The notes beneath the pieces were generated by a model, which saw only the letters and a list, made by a program, of their open reading frames with translations, had not been told where the DNA came from and made no database searches. DNA of 64,000 nt from Calditrichia bacterium (GTDB lineage: Bacteria; Calditrichota; Calditrichia; RBG-13-44-9; J075), in the NCBI GenBank assembly GCA_050633245.1, contig JBOEGD010000011.1, positions 300,983 through 364,982 of the forward strand. Reading direction: 5' to 3'. Position 1 is the stretch's first letter. Every line of letters starts with the position of its first letter. This document shows, one piece after another, positions 48,253 through 57,675 of this stretch. The position numbers and the translations under genes were made by a program.

Positions 48253-49047
48253 TTGATGATATTATTTTCTATTACCTCAGGATCACCTTATAAAACATCC
48301 TGGTTAGGCCGATTTATTTTCCTTTGTATTATTCTCGCGGGCATCGCCGCATTTGTCTTCTATAAGTATGATGAACCCGTTCCGTCTGGCAAAAGTGGTC
48401 TCGCAGCAGATCTTCTTGCACGAAAGATTATGATGTCTGTCTATCATGATAATTGGGAACGTACCGGGGCTATTAGCTGGAACTTTGACAATCAGAGATT
48501 TCACATCTGGGATAGAAACCGTAATTATGCCAAGGTCAGCTGGGATGAATATGAAGTCCTGATTAATCTGTCTGACAAACGAGGTATCGCAATGGAATCC
48601 GGTAAAAGAATGGGTTTCAATGATACCAAAAAAAAGCTCGAAGAAGCATGGGCGTTCTGGATTAATGATTCTTTCTGGTTGAATCCTGTCTCAAAGATGT
48701 TTGATGCCGGCACGTCGCGAAGAGTTGTACCTGTTGTAGGCGCTGAAGGCCTACTGGTTACCTATCGCTCCGGAGGTCTTTCACCCGGAGATTCCTATTT
48801 GTGGCTTACCGATTCAGATGGACTTCCGAAAGCCTGGAAAATGTGGACTGAAAAGATTCCGTTAGGTGGTGTTGAGGCAACGTGGGACAATTGGGTCACG
48901 CTTTCAACAGGTGTTCGTATCGCGACGCAACACGAAACATCTCTTTTTACAATTCATTTGAAAGATGTGGAAGGAGCGACCTCAATTGAAGAGTTGATTC
49001 CGGGTGAAGATCCGTTCGCTTCCTTAGTCAGTACAACCGGAAACTGA
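48253..49047 (+). CDS. hypothetical membrane-anchored periplasmic protein (Trp-rich)
   Basis: N-terminal TM, WINDSFWLNP, GG.SPGDSY.W; start uncertain. Confidence 0.65.
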   Translation: MMILFSITSGSPYKTSWLGRFIFLCIILAGIAAFVFYKYDEPVPSGKSGLAADLLARKIMMSVYHDNWERTGAISWNFDNQRFHIWDRNRNYAKVSWDEYEVLINLSDKRGIAMESGKRMGFNDTKKKLEEAWAFWINDSFWLNPVSKMFDAGTSRRVVPVVGAEGLLVTYRSGGLSPGDSYLWLTDSDGLPKAWKMWTEKIPLGGVEATWDNWVTLSTGVRIATQHETSLFTIHLKDVEGATSIEELIPGEDPFASLVSTTGN

Positions 49048-49350
49048 GGTTTCTTCTAAGAAAGTTTCCGTTTGGGTTGTTGTGACTATACGCAACATAA
49101 ACCATTAGTTTTTGTGCATTTTTAAGCTGTTCGTCATTGGGATGTGAGGCCCGCTGCCTTCTCTTTCGAATCTCTCGAAAACTTTGCGTGCTTCCTCATT
49201 AGAAACCAGATCACTTTACTTTTATCGGGATGATTTCTTCCCGAGCCTTTGCATTAAATATTCGGTAATTTTCGCAGGTCAGGGAAAAGGACTGAGGACC
49301 TGCTGTATTTATTATTTTACTCAAGAAAGAATCTATAAGGAGAAGCACAA

Positions 49351-50226
49351 ATGAGGTTATTATTTACGGCATCCAAAGCCACCTTTTCACTTTTGGCACT
49401 TCTGGTATTTGCAAGTAGCTGCGCCAGTATTGGTGGCTCGGGAGTGCGTAAACAACTCAACGATATAAATACCCGCCTCGAGAAGTTGGATAAGCAGGTC
49501 GCGAATGCGAACAAGAAGATCGCGTCCATGGAATCAGATTTTGGTTCTACATCCAAAAAGGTTAAGACTCTCGAGTCGACGTTAAATGCAAATAATGAAG
49601 ATGCCTATTTGAAGGTCGTTGTGCCGATTCTGAATATTCGCACGAATCCCACGACTGTTAACAGTAATATTATTGCGAAAGCCAAGCAGGGTGCCTACCT
49701 GCGTCTGATTAGCGAAGTTGTTGGAGATTCCAAATGGATACAGGTGGAATTCCTGATCGACAACTACCCGTATCTCGGGTATGTTATAAACAATCCGGAA
49801 TTCGTTCAGGAAGAAGTTCATGACCCGCTAACATTTAATCGCCTGTATAATCGCAAGCTGATCCGCCACATGTGGGAAACTGAGATTGCATTGGAATTGC
49901 GTTCCAAGAAGGTTAAAACAGTTGGCGTTTATGTAAAAGCGGTTGAGTCTCATCGTGCGGATCGTTTTCTTGGCCATCTGGCTCAGAAATTTCGCGATCA
50001 TAAAATCTACATCAAGCCGATTACCAGCTTTGACATAAACAAGGTGTCGGATATTTGCAAGAAAAACAAAGTGCAGAGCATGATGTCTGTCGAGTTTGAA
50101 GAGACTAATGAGGATGCCTTGCCGCAACTCGATATCAAGCTATTCGACAATAACAGTTTAATTCTTTATTCGGCGCTGGTACCTCTCCAGCCAATGGAAT
50201 TACCTGCCAACCTGGGTAGAAAATAA
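49351..50226 (+). CDS. lipoprotein with coiled coil and SH3b-like domain
   Basis: AAGGAG SD, lipobox ASSC, heptad repeat, LNIRTNP...II..AK.G...WIQV...GYV. Confidence 0.7.
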   Translation: MRLLFTASKATFSLLALLVFASSCASIGGSGVRKQLNDINTRLEKLDKQVANANKKIASMESDFGSTSKKVKTLESTLNANNEDAYLKVVVPILNIRTNPTTVNSNIIAKAKQGAYLRLISEVVGDSKWIQVEFLIDNYPYLGYVINNPEFVQEEVHDPLTFNRLYNRKLIRHMWETEIALELRSKKVKTVGVYVKAVESHRADRFLGHLAQKFRDHKIYIKPITSFDINKVSDICKKNKVQSMMSVEFEETNEDALPQLDIKLFDNNSLILYSALVPLQPMELPANLGRK

Positions 50227-50250
50227 GTCTTTTTTACTTCCTCTTTTCTT

Positions 50251-50287
50251 AAAGGGTCGCATCGAATATCGGTGCGACCCTTTTTTT
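50251..50287 (+). terminator. rho-independent terminator
   Basis: AAAGGGTCGCATCGA-ATA-TCGGTGCGACCC-TTTTTTT. Confidence 0.85.
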
Positions 50288-50518
50288 GTTTGCTCCTTAC
50301 AGTTCTTCGTGCTTATGTTGTCAGCTGATTTCACGCCCTGAACAAATCATCTCGCCCAATGCAAATCGTTTGGTTTCCATTTATTCAAGACCAATGTGTA
50401 TTGCAATTTGTATTGTGACATTGGCCAGTCTTGCTGGTCTATATCGGTAATAGTGATATAAAATCGCCCAAACCAATAATAGCAGTGCTTATTAATTATT
50501 TAATGTAGAGGAGTTTTT

Positions 50519-51334
50519 ATGGAACAGTATTTGGTAATGGCGCAGGAATTGGTTACCAATTTTGGCGTTAAGTTCGTTACTGCCGTTGCAGTTTTTATTA
50601 TCGGTCGATGGGTTGCCAGAGTGATGAGTAAAGGCATTACCCGCTTGATGGAGAAAAACAACATTGACACCACGCTTGTACGTTTCGTGTCAAATTTGGT
50701 ATATTTTGCGCTGTTAACAATAGTCGTTCTCGCTGCACTTGGTCAGTTGGGGATTCAAACGACATCATTTGTTGCCATTATTGGTGCCGCCGGTTTGGCT
50801 ATTGGCCTTGCACTTCAGGGATCCTTATCCAATTTTGCTTCAGGCGTTCTGCTCATCTTGTTTCGTCCTTTTAAGGTGGACGACCTGGTTGAAGCGGGTG
50901 GCGCACTTGGTGTAATCAAAGAAATCTCGATCTTTACAACTACTCTGCTTACGGTGGATAATAAGACTGTTATTGTGCCAAACTCGAAGATGACGGCAGA
51001 CAATATTACCAATTATACAACAGCCGGTAAAATTCGCGTTGACCTTACATTTGGCGTTGGATATACTGATGACATTGATAAAACCAAGACGGTTATTCTG
51101 GATGAGCTTACCAAACATCCAAAGACGATGAGTGACCCTGCGCCATTTGTTGGTCTCGTCGAGCTTGCTGACAGCAGCGTTAATTTCGCCGCACGTCCTT
51201 ATTGCGACCCTGCTCATTATTGGGATGTCTATTTCGAGCTGATGGAGTCCGTTAAGAAGCGTTTGGATGCGGAAGGCTTGTCAATTCCGTTCCCACAGCG
51301 CGATGTGCATGTTTATCAGCATAAAGCAGACTAA
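50519..51334 (+). CDS. mscS: small-conductance mechanosensitive channel
   Basis: GAAGLAIGLALQGSLSNFASG, RPFKV, VPNS, IPFPQRDVH. Confidence 0.95.
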   Translation: MEQYLVMAQELVTNFGVKFVTAVAVFIIGRWVARVMSKGITRLMEKNNIDTTLVRFVSNLVYFALLTIVVLAALGQLGIQTTSFVAIIGAAGLAIGLALQGSLSNFASGVLLILFRPFKVDDLVEAGGALGVIKEISIFTTTLLTVDNKTVIVPNSKMTADNITNYTTAGKIRVDLTFGVGYTDDIDKTKTVILDELTKHPKTMSDPAPFVGLVELADSSVNFAARPYCDPAHYWDVYFELMESVKKRLDAEGLSIPFPQRDVHVYQHKAD

Positions 51335-51365
51335 CGTCGATATTGAAAATTTGTTTTGCACTATC

Positions 51366-51394
51366 AAAAAGGCTGCCTACAGAGCAGCCTTTTT
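51366..51394. terminator. bidirectional terminator
   Basis: AAAAAGGCTGC-CTACAGA-GCAGCCTTTTT between convergent genes. Confidence 0.85.
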
Positions 51395-51521
51395 GATATA
51401 TTTCCGCGATGTTTTTAAGATTCAGTTGTTGTTACCAAACCAACTGCGTCATTGAGTTTTGGCATGTTTCTTCAAGGTCAGAGAGAATGCGGCCGCAAAT
51501 TTTGCAACCGCATTCTTGGGA

Positions 51522-53567
51522 CTACTTCGGAAGTTCAATGCCATATTTATCGCTGATGTCCAGCGGAGGCATTGGGCCGTCGAGCGGCTTCAGGTCTTTC
51601 ACATACCAATCATACCAGTCAATTATACGGTGAACCACGTCAATTTGCCCCACCTGCTTGCGATTGCCATGACCTTCTCCGGGATATTGAACCAAGCGCA
51701 CGGCAGGATGATCATTCATCTTCATTCGGCGAAATAATTCAAGACTTTGGGACGGGTGAACCCGGGTATCCGCAGCACCGCCATAGATCAACGTTGCAGT
51801 CTTACTTTGATGTGCATAGAAAATCGGGCTTCGCTCCAGGCTTTGTTCCCACATTTCTTCCAGCTTTTTGCCAGAATGAACAAATAGTTCTTCATAAGGA
51901 ATATCCGTTGTACCACGCTTGCTGATTAAATCACTTATTCCAACAAACATGCAAACGGCGCGTACATAATTGGTATAGCGCGTTGCAAACCATGCTGATG
52001 CAAATCCACCATACGATCCACCACCAAGTCCAACGCGTTTTTTATCGGCAATACCTTCTTTGGTCAGATAATCAATCGCATCCGCGATATCATCAAACTC
52101 AACTCCGGCCGCATCATTGTATCCGGTTTTGGCAAACTTCTGTCCATAGCCTGTGCTGGAACGATAGTTCGGATAGAAAACCAGGTATCCCTTGCCAGCC
52201 AGTGCCTGCCCGGGATTTGCGTAGCGATTGAGCCACCCGTTTGAGTAGTTTGATTCCGGTCCGCCATGCACCATGATCAGCAGCGGATAGGCTTTGGCTT
52301 TATCATAATTCACAGGATAAATCATCAAACCTTCGATTTCCTGACCGTCTCTTGCAGGATAACTTAGTGGTGCCTGCTTGCCGAGAGTTTTATTGGCCAA
52401 CCAGGGGTTCACGTTCGTTAATCGCTTCATCTTACTGCCACTAATAACATACACATCACCAGGAATGCTGCCCGATGAACCAACCGCAGCCATCTGCTTC
52501 TTATTTGCTGATAGCGTCGGATTTGTAAAAACAACTCCGGTTTTCTCAGAGTTCAGAACAACCTTGCGTTTTCCGCCAGATGCCGAAACGGTGCTCAACG
52601 TAGTGGCAACACCTTCGTTGGATTTATAGATGATGGTGTTTTTGTTCTGCCAGTCTACCCATTGAGCATGACCGCGAAAATTAGCAATAGTCAAATCTGT
52701 TGACTTCTTTGCAGAAAGAGACTGAACGTAGACGCTACTTACTGCATGATCCGACTGTGCTGCAGCAGCGGTATAAGCGATACTCTTGCCATCGGGGCTA
52801 AAAGCGTAGTTGCCCAGCTTGCCGGGGTTGTCGATTAACAGGCTGCTGCTTTTGGTGGCAATATCTATCAGATATACTTTGTGAAAGGCATAACGGTGAT
52901 CGATTAAATTTACCTTACTCATTCCCGCGGCAATTTTACTTCCATCGGCAGAGAATTTAAAATCCCATACCGTCATGTCTTTACTCAACTGCTCGGCTTC
53001 ACCGGTAGCAAGGTCGTGTAGATAAAGATTGCGATGCTTCAGATTCTCTTCATAATAAATGAAGTTGTAGCCCTTGGTTTTAAGAGCCTTTTCTTTAGCG
53101 GAAGGGGCTTCCTGAGCTATATAACCAATCTTTTTACCAGAAGGGTGCCATTGATATGCGGCAACTGTGGTGGCCGATTTGGTTAACTGGCTTGCTTCAC
53201 CACCATCAACAGCAATGCTCCATACCTGGCGCTTGCTATTTTCTCCACGTTTCATGAGAAACGATAGTGCGCTGCCATCTGGATTCCACTTGACACCGCT
53301 GACATTGACAGCACCGCTTAAAAATGATCGGGACTTTCCAGATTTAGAAGATACGACATGCAGTTCGGCATAGGCCCCACCCGCTGCTTCGGTTGCTTCC
53401 CTTGGAATACTGAGCGTGTAGGCAATATGCGCTCCATCCGGGCTCATAACCGCGCTTGTCACCCGACGAGTTTTTATAATGTCATCCGGAGTCATTACAT
53501 CTTGTGCGCTCATGGCTCCTCCAATTAAAAACAATGCGACAAATAGCATCATTCCAATTCTTTGCAT
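51522..53567 (-). CDS. S9 family peptidase (acylaminoacyl/dipeptidyl peptidase-like), exported
   Basis: Signal peptide, SPDG propeller repeats, VHGGP, GGSYGG, D in ADTRV, H in GEGHG. Confidence 0.92.
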   Translation of the reverse strand: MQRIGMMLFVALFLIGGAMSAQDVMTPDDIIKTRRVTSAVMSPDGAHIAYTLSIPREATEAAGGAYAELHVVSSKSGKSRSFLSGAVNVSGVKWNPDGSALSFLMKRGENSKRQVWSIAVDGGEASQLTKSATTVAAYQWHPSGKKIGYIAQEAPSAKEKALKTKGYNFIYYEENLKHRNLYLHDLATGEAEQLSKDMTVWDFKFSADGSKIAAGMSKVNLIDHRYAFHKVYLIDIATKSSSLLIDNPGKLGNYAFSPDGKSIAYTAAAAQSDHAVSSVYVQSLSAKKSTDLTIANFRGHAQWVDWQNKNTIIYKSNEGVATTLSTVSASGGKRKVVLNSEKTGVVFTNPTLSANKKQMAAVGSSGSIPGDVYVISGSKMKRLTNVNPWLANKTLGKQAPLSYPARDGQEIEGLMIYPVNYDKAKAYPLLIMVHGGPESNYSNGWLNRYANPGQALAGKGYLVFYPNYRSSTGYGQKFAKTGYNDAAGVEFDDIADAIDYLTKEGIADKKRVGLGGGSYGGFASAWFATRYTNYVRAVCMFVGISDLISKRGTTDIPYEELFVHSGKKLEEMWEQSLERSPIFYAHQSKTATLIYGGAADTRVHPSQSLELFRRMKMNDHPAVRLVQYPGEGHGNRKQVGQIDVVHRIIDWYDWYVKDLKPLDGPMPPLDISDKYGIELPK

Positions 53568-53848
53568 TGCGATCTCCTTATTTCCGATTAATAAAAAATC
53601 AAGTTATATGTTTTTGTGTCTTAAAATCATAGCAGTAATGATAACACTCCTTCGCCATTATTGCAATTCTGTAGAATTTCGCGCATTGGGTCTACAATTG
53701 CAGACAGTTGTTTACTAATGAGGACTAAGACCTAGATTTCACCTGAGACATAAAGAATGCTTAAGGTCAATAATAACAGGTGTATACGATGCAAACTTTT
53801 GTTTGGCTTGCCATTTGTATTGTTTCTTTCAAACCGGAGAAATGAGCA

Positions 53849-54481
53849 ATGGGAACAATAATCAGAGTAAAAATTCGCTTCAATACTCTCATCTTTTTGC
53901 TGCTGACTTCATTATTTATTGCGTCATGCACAAATACTCAGCAGGTTTCGAGGCGCGTATTGATGCAGGAAAAACAGCCACTGCAGTTTACATCATCCCG
54001 GCAGAAGGGGCAAGTAACTCTCGATCGCAGAATACTGGACGAGCCTTTGGATGCGCTGGCAATTGAGTTAATAGGCGACTCGCTGTATTGGGATGACCCG
54101 GCAACAGGTGATTTTTGCGTGGCTCATTTAAAGCACGTCAATATTGTAACGATTTTTAATCGTGCGCGTGGCTTACAAAATGGTCTGTTGGCTGGTGCTG
54201 CGGCAGGTGGCGTGTTAACTCTATTGGTAACTCAATCGCAAAATGCCGGAGAAGAAGCAGAGGATACGCCGCTGCTTCAGCCCGCAATTGGTGGAGCGTT
54301 TGGCGGTGGGCTGGTTGGCTTATTGATTGGTGCTTTTTCTGGTAGCCCTGATAATTACAAAATTGTCGATCATGATACATATAACGTCGCACCAGGGAAA
54401 AGTACATCATCAACTGCCAAGGAGGAGCAGCGCAGCATTAATCGAAAGAGAAAGCGAATCTATACCATTCCAGACGAATAA
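53849..54481 (+). CDS. hypothetical lipoprotein with glycine-zipper helices
   Basis: Lipobox IASC; GLLAGAAAGG and GGAFGGGLVGLLIG segments; GGAG SD. Confidence 0.6.
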   Translation: MGTIIRVKIRFNTLIFLLLTSLFIASCTNTQQVSRRVLMQEKQPLQFTSSRQKGQVTLDRRILDEPLDALAIELIGDSLYWDDPATGDFCVAHLKHVNIVTIFNRARGLQNGLLAGAAAGGVLTLLVTQSQNAGEEAEDTPLLQPAIGGAFGGGLVGLLIGAFSGSPDNYKIVDHDTYNVAPGKSTSSTAKEEQRSINRKRKRIYTIPDE

Positions 54482-54544
54482 AGTTCTTGTATTCCTGATC
54501 TCGGTGTCTTTATTTGGAGCATCAAATAACACCGGGATGTCATT

Positions 54545-55378
54545 ATGAAATTTAAAGGAACGGATCGCTATATCGCTACTCGCGATCTTACGGTTGCTGT
54601 AAACGCGGCGATTTCATTGCAAAAGCCGCTTCTTATAAAGGGGGAGCCGGGAACAGGTAAAACGTTGCTGGCCTATGAAATTGCACGGGCTTTGGATAAG
54701 CCTCTTATTACCTGGCATATAAAATCTACCACTACAGCACAGCAGGGCATCTACGAGTACGATGCCGTATCGCGATTGCGCGACTCTCAGCTTGGCGAAA
54801 AAGATGTGAACGATATCGCCACCTACATCAAAAAGGGCAAGCTCTGGGAGGCGTTTGAGGCAGATGAACAGCTTGTTTTGCTTATTGATGAAATTGACAA
54901 GGCCGACATAGAATTCCCCAACGACCTGCTGCAGGAATTAGATCAGATGGCCTTTTATTGCTATGAGCTTGATAAGACAATTACCGCAAAACATCGTCCC
55001 ATTGTAGTAATCACCTCCAATAATGAAAAAGAGCTACCGGACGCTTTCTTGCGTCGCTGCTTTTTCCACTACATTTCTTTCCCAGATAATCAAACCATGT
55101 TAGACATTATAGATGTGCATTTCCCGAAACTTGAGAAGAAGCTGATTAATAGCGCGATGCGCTTGTTCTACGAGTTGCGCGACACCCGTGGCATTCGAAA
55201 AAAGCCATCGACAAGCGAACTGTTGGATTGGCTGGCATTGCTTGTAGCTGGTGATATAGGGAATGAGGAGCTCGATGAGGTTAAGCTGACTGAAGGCTTG
55301 CCGCCTCTAACCGGAGCTCTTCTGAAAAATGAGCAAGATTATGAATTTCTTAATCGTCTGCGCAAATATCGTGGCTAG
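54545..55378 (+). CDS. MoxR/CoxD-family AAA+ ATPase
   Basis: GEPGTGKT, YEYDAVSRLRDSQ, LIDEIDKAD, TSNNEKELPDAFLRRC, KPSTSE. Confidence 0.93.
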   Translation: MKFKGTDRYIATRDLTVAVNAAISLQKPLLIKGEPGTGKTLLAYEIARALDKPLITWHIKSTTTAQQGIYEYDAVSRLRDSQLGEKDVNDIATYIKKGKLWEAFEADEQLVLLIDEIDKADIEFPNDLLQELDQMAFYCYELDKTITAKHRPIVVITSNNEKELPDAFLRRCFFHYISFPDNQTMLDIIDVHFPKLEKKLINSAMRLFYELRDTRGIRKKPSTSELLDWLALLVAGDIGNEELDEVKLTEGLPPLTGALLKNEQDYEFLNRLRKYRG

Positions 55379-55387
55379 GAGAATTCT

Positions 55388-56596
55388 GTGTTTCTGAAGT
55401 TCTTTTTGCTTCTAAAAGAAGATGGTTTGCCGGTTAGCATGAAAGAATTGCTAACCTTTCTTGAAGCGTTGAATGAAGATGTTATTGACAAAAATGTTGA
55501 TGACTTCTACTATCTTGCTCGATCCATATTTGTTAAGCATGAGCAACACCTCGATCGTTTTGACGTCCTATTTGGACGCTTCTTCGCCGGTTTAGATAAC
55601 ACAGATTCCGAGAAAAGTAATTTTTCAATCCCGGAAGACTGGCTTAAGCGCAAGTTAATGCGCCATCTGACGGATGAGGAAAAGGACGCCATTAAAGCGC
55701 TTGGTGGCCCCGAAGAATTGATGAAGCGCTTTAAGGAACTCATGGACGAGCAGAAAAAGCGACATGAAGGCGGCAACAAATGGATTGGCACCGGCGGCAC
55801 ATCACCATTTGGCTCAAATGGCTATAACCCTGAAGGCTATCGACTGCAAAATGATGGCAAGGGAAACGGTCGTGCAGTTAAGATGTGGCAGCAGCGAGAT
55901 TATCGAAACTTGGATGATTCGATTTCGTTGAACACCCGAAATATGAAGATGGTTCTAAAACGTCTGCGTGTATTAACGCGCGAGGGTAGGGAGGAGGAGC
56001 TGGATATTGATCGCTCCATCCGAAAGACCTCAGACAATGCTGGTTTGCTGGAAATCGAGATGATGCCAACACGCCGGAACAATGTAAAGGTATTGCTCTT
56101 TTTTGATGTTGGTGGATCAATGGATGAACATATTGAGACTTGCGAACAGCTTTTTTCTGCTGCCAGACATCAGTTTAAGCATCTGGAGTTCTACTATTTC
56201 CATAATTGCGTCTATGAGAGCCTCTGGAAAGACAACAGTCGTCGCCGTTTTGATAAAACATCTACCTATCGTATGCTGAATACATACAATAAGGATTATA
56301 AGGTGATCTTTGTTGGGGACGCCTCCATGTCTCCATATGAGTTGTTTTATGCCGGTGGCAGTATAGAACATATGAATGAAGAACCCGGCGCTGTTTGGCT
56401 CGAGCGCATTTGTGAACACTTCGAAAATGTTGTTTGGTTAAATCCACTGCCCCCGGACTATTGGCGCTATTCACCGACCGTTGAGGGAATTCAGGAATTG
56501 CTTGGCTATCGCATGTTTCCGCTTTCGCTGGGAGGTCTTCAAGCAGCAATGAAAGCGCTTCAAAAAAAGAACGAACAAAATAATTCCGTCGAATAA
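55388..56596 (+). CDS. CoxE-like VWA domain protein (MoxR partner)
   Basis: GGNKWIGTGGTSPFG, MIDAS-like DVGGSM, YFHNC, VGDASMSPYE, VWLNP; AGGAG SD, GTG start. Confidence 0.9.
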   Translation: MFLKFFLLLKEDGLPVSMKELLTFLEALNEDVIDKNVDDFYYLARSIFVKHEQHLDRFDVLFGRFFAGLDNTDSEKSNFSIPEDWLKRKLMRHLTDEEKDAIKALGGPEELMKRFKELMDEQKKRHEGGNKWIGTGGTSPFGSNGYNPEGYRLQNDGKGNGRAVKMWQQRDYRNLDDSISLNTRNMKMVLKRLRVLTREGREEELDIDRSIRKTSDNAGLLEIEMMPTRRNNVKVLLFFDVGGSMDEHIETCEQLFSAARHQFKHLEFYYFHNCVYESLWKDNSRRRFDKTSTYRMLNTYNKDYKVIFVGDASMSPYELFYAGGSIEHMNEEPGAVWLERICEHFENVVWLNPLPPDYWRYSPTVEGIQELLGYRMFPLSLGGLQAAMKALQKKNEQNNSVE

Positions 56597-56632
56597 AATT
56601 TATCCCGACACTACAAATTTGAGGTGATTATT

Positions 56633-57634
56633 ATGACGCAGAAAAATAAACGTTTTACACTTGCTAAACGACCAACGGGTATCCCAACAGCAGATGTGTG
56701 GGACTATGCCGAAGAGAATATACCAAATGCCGGCGCTGGTGAAATACTTCTTCGCAATCGTTATATTTCTCTCGATCCCGCCATGCGTGGCTGGATGAAC
56801 GCAGCACGCTCTTATATTGCACCGATTGAGCTGGGCGAGGTTATGCGAGCCGGTACCATCAGCGAAGTGTTGGAATCAGATAATCCAAAGTTCAAAAAAG
56901 GCGACATGGTTTCCGGAATGCTTGGCGTGCAGGAATATGCTGTTTCCGATGGAAAGGGGCTTTATCCAATTGATACATCTATTGCTCCCGCTCCGCTCTA
57001 TCTAAGCGTATTGGGTTTAACCGGTATGACGGCATACTTTGGCCTGCTGAACGTGTGTGAACCAAAAGAAGGCGATGTCGTAGTTGTTTCAGGTGCAGCC
57101 GGTGCAGTTGGCTCAATCGTGGGGCAAATAGCCAAGATAAAGGGTTGCCATACCATCGGAATAGCCGGTGGCCCTGCAAAGTGCCAGCAACTTTTAGATG
57201 AATATCGCTATGATGCGGCTATTGATTATAAGTCGGAACACGTGCGAAAGGCATTGCATAAGCATGCTTCTAAAGGCGTCGATGTTTATTTTGACAACGT
57301 TGGAGGTGAAATTTTAGATGCAGTACTTACGGTGATAAGACGCGGTGCGCGAATTGGAATCTGTGGTGCCATCTCGCAATATAACAATACGACGCCTATT
57401 CAAGGTCCGTCTAACTACCTCTCACTATTGGTAAATCGTGCTCGCATGGAAGGATTTGTTGTTTTCGACTATGCCGCGCAATACCGTCAGGCAGCAATGG
57501 AAATGGCCGGATGGATGGCTTCCGGAAAGCTAAAATCGAAAGAGCATATTGTCGAGGGAATTGAAACCTTTCCAGATCGACTGATGATGTTGTTTGATGG
57601 CCGTAATGATGGTAAGTTGATACTTGAAGTTTAG
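56633..57634 (+). CDS. NADP-dependent oxidoreductase, prostaglandin/alkenal-one reductase (PTGR/CurA-like, Zn-independent MDR)
   Basis: SLDPAMRGWM, GMTAYFGL, VSGAAGAVGS, DNVGG, CGAISQYN, GK; ATG 56633 after GAGGTGA. Confidence 0.92.
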   Translation: MTQKNKRFTLAKRPTGIPTADVWDYAEENIPNAGAGEILLRNRYISLDPAMRGWMNAARSYIAPIELGEVMRAGTISEVLESDNPKFKKGDMVSGMLGVQEYAVSDGKGLYPIDTSIAPAPLYLSVLGLTGMTAYFGLLNVCEPKEGDVVVVSGAAGAVGSIVGQIAKIKGCHTIGIAGGPAKCQQLLDEYRYDAAIDYKSEHVRKALHKHASKGVDVYFDNVGGEILDAVLTVIRRGARIGICGAISQYNNTTPIQGPSNYLSLLVNRARMEGFVVFDYAAQYRQAAMEMAGWMASGKLKSKEHIVEGIETFPDRLMMLFDGRNDGKLILEV

Positions 57635-57675
57635 AGCAGTTCTTTTACTACTCGCAAATAGGCTGAGGAGAATGA

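Noticed and set aside
49140-49180. TTCGAAT resembling a tRNA T-loop
   Set aside because: Flanks (CTCT/CTCT) cannot pair; no cloverleaf or acceptor stem.
53662-53702. Imperfect inverted repeat in a divergent promoter region
   Set aside because: Two 6-bp arms with a bulge in AT-rich DNA; could easily arise by chance.
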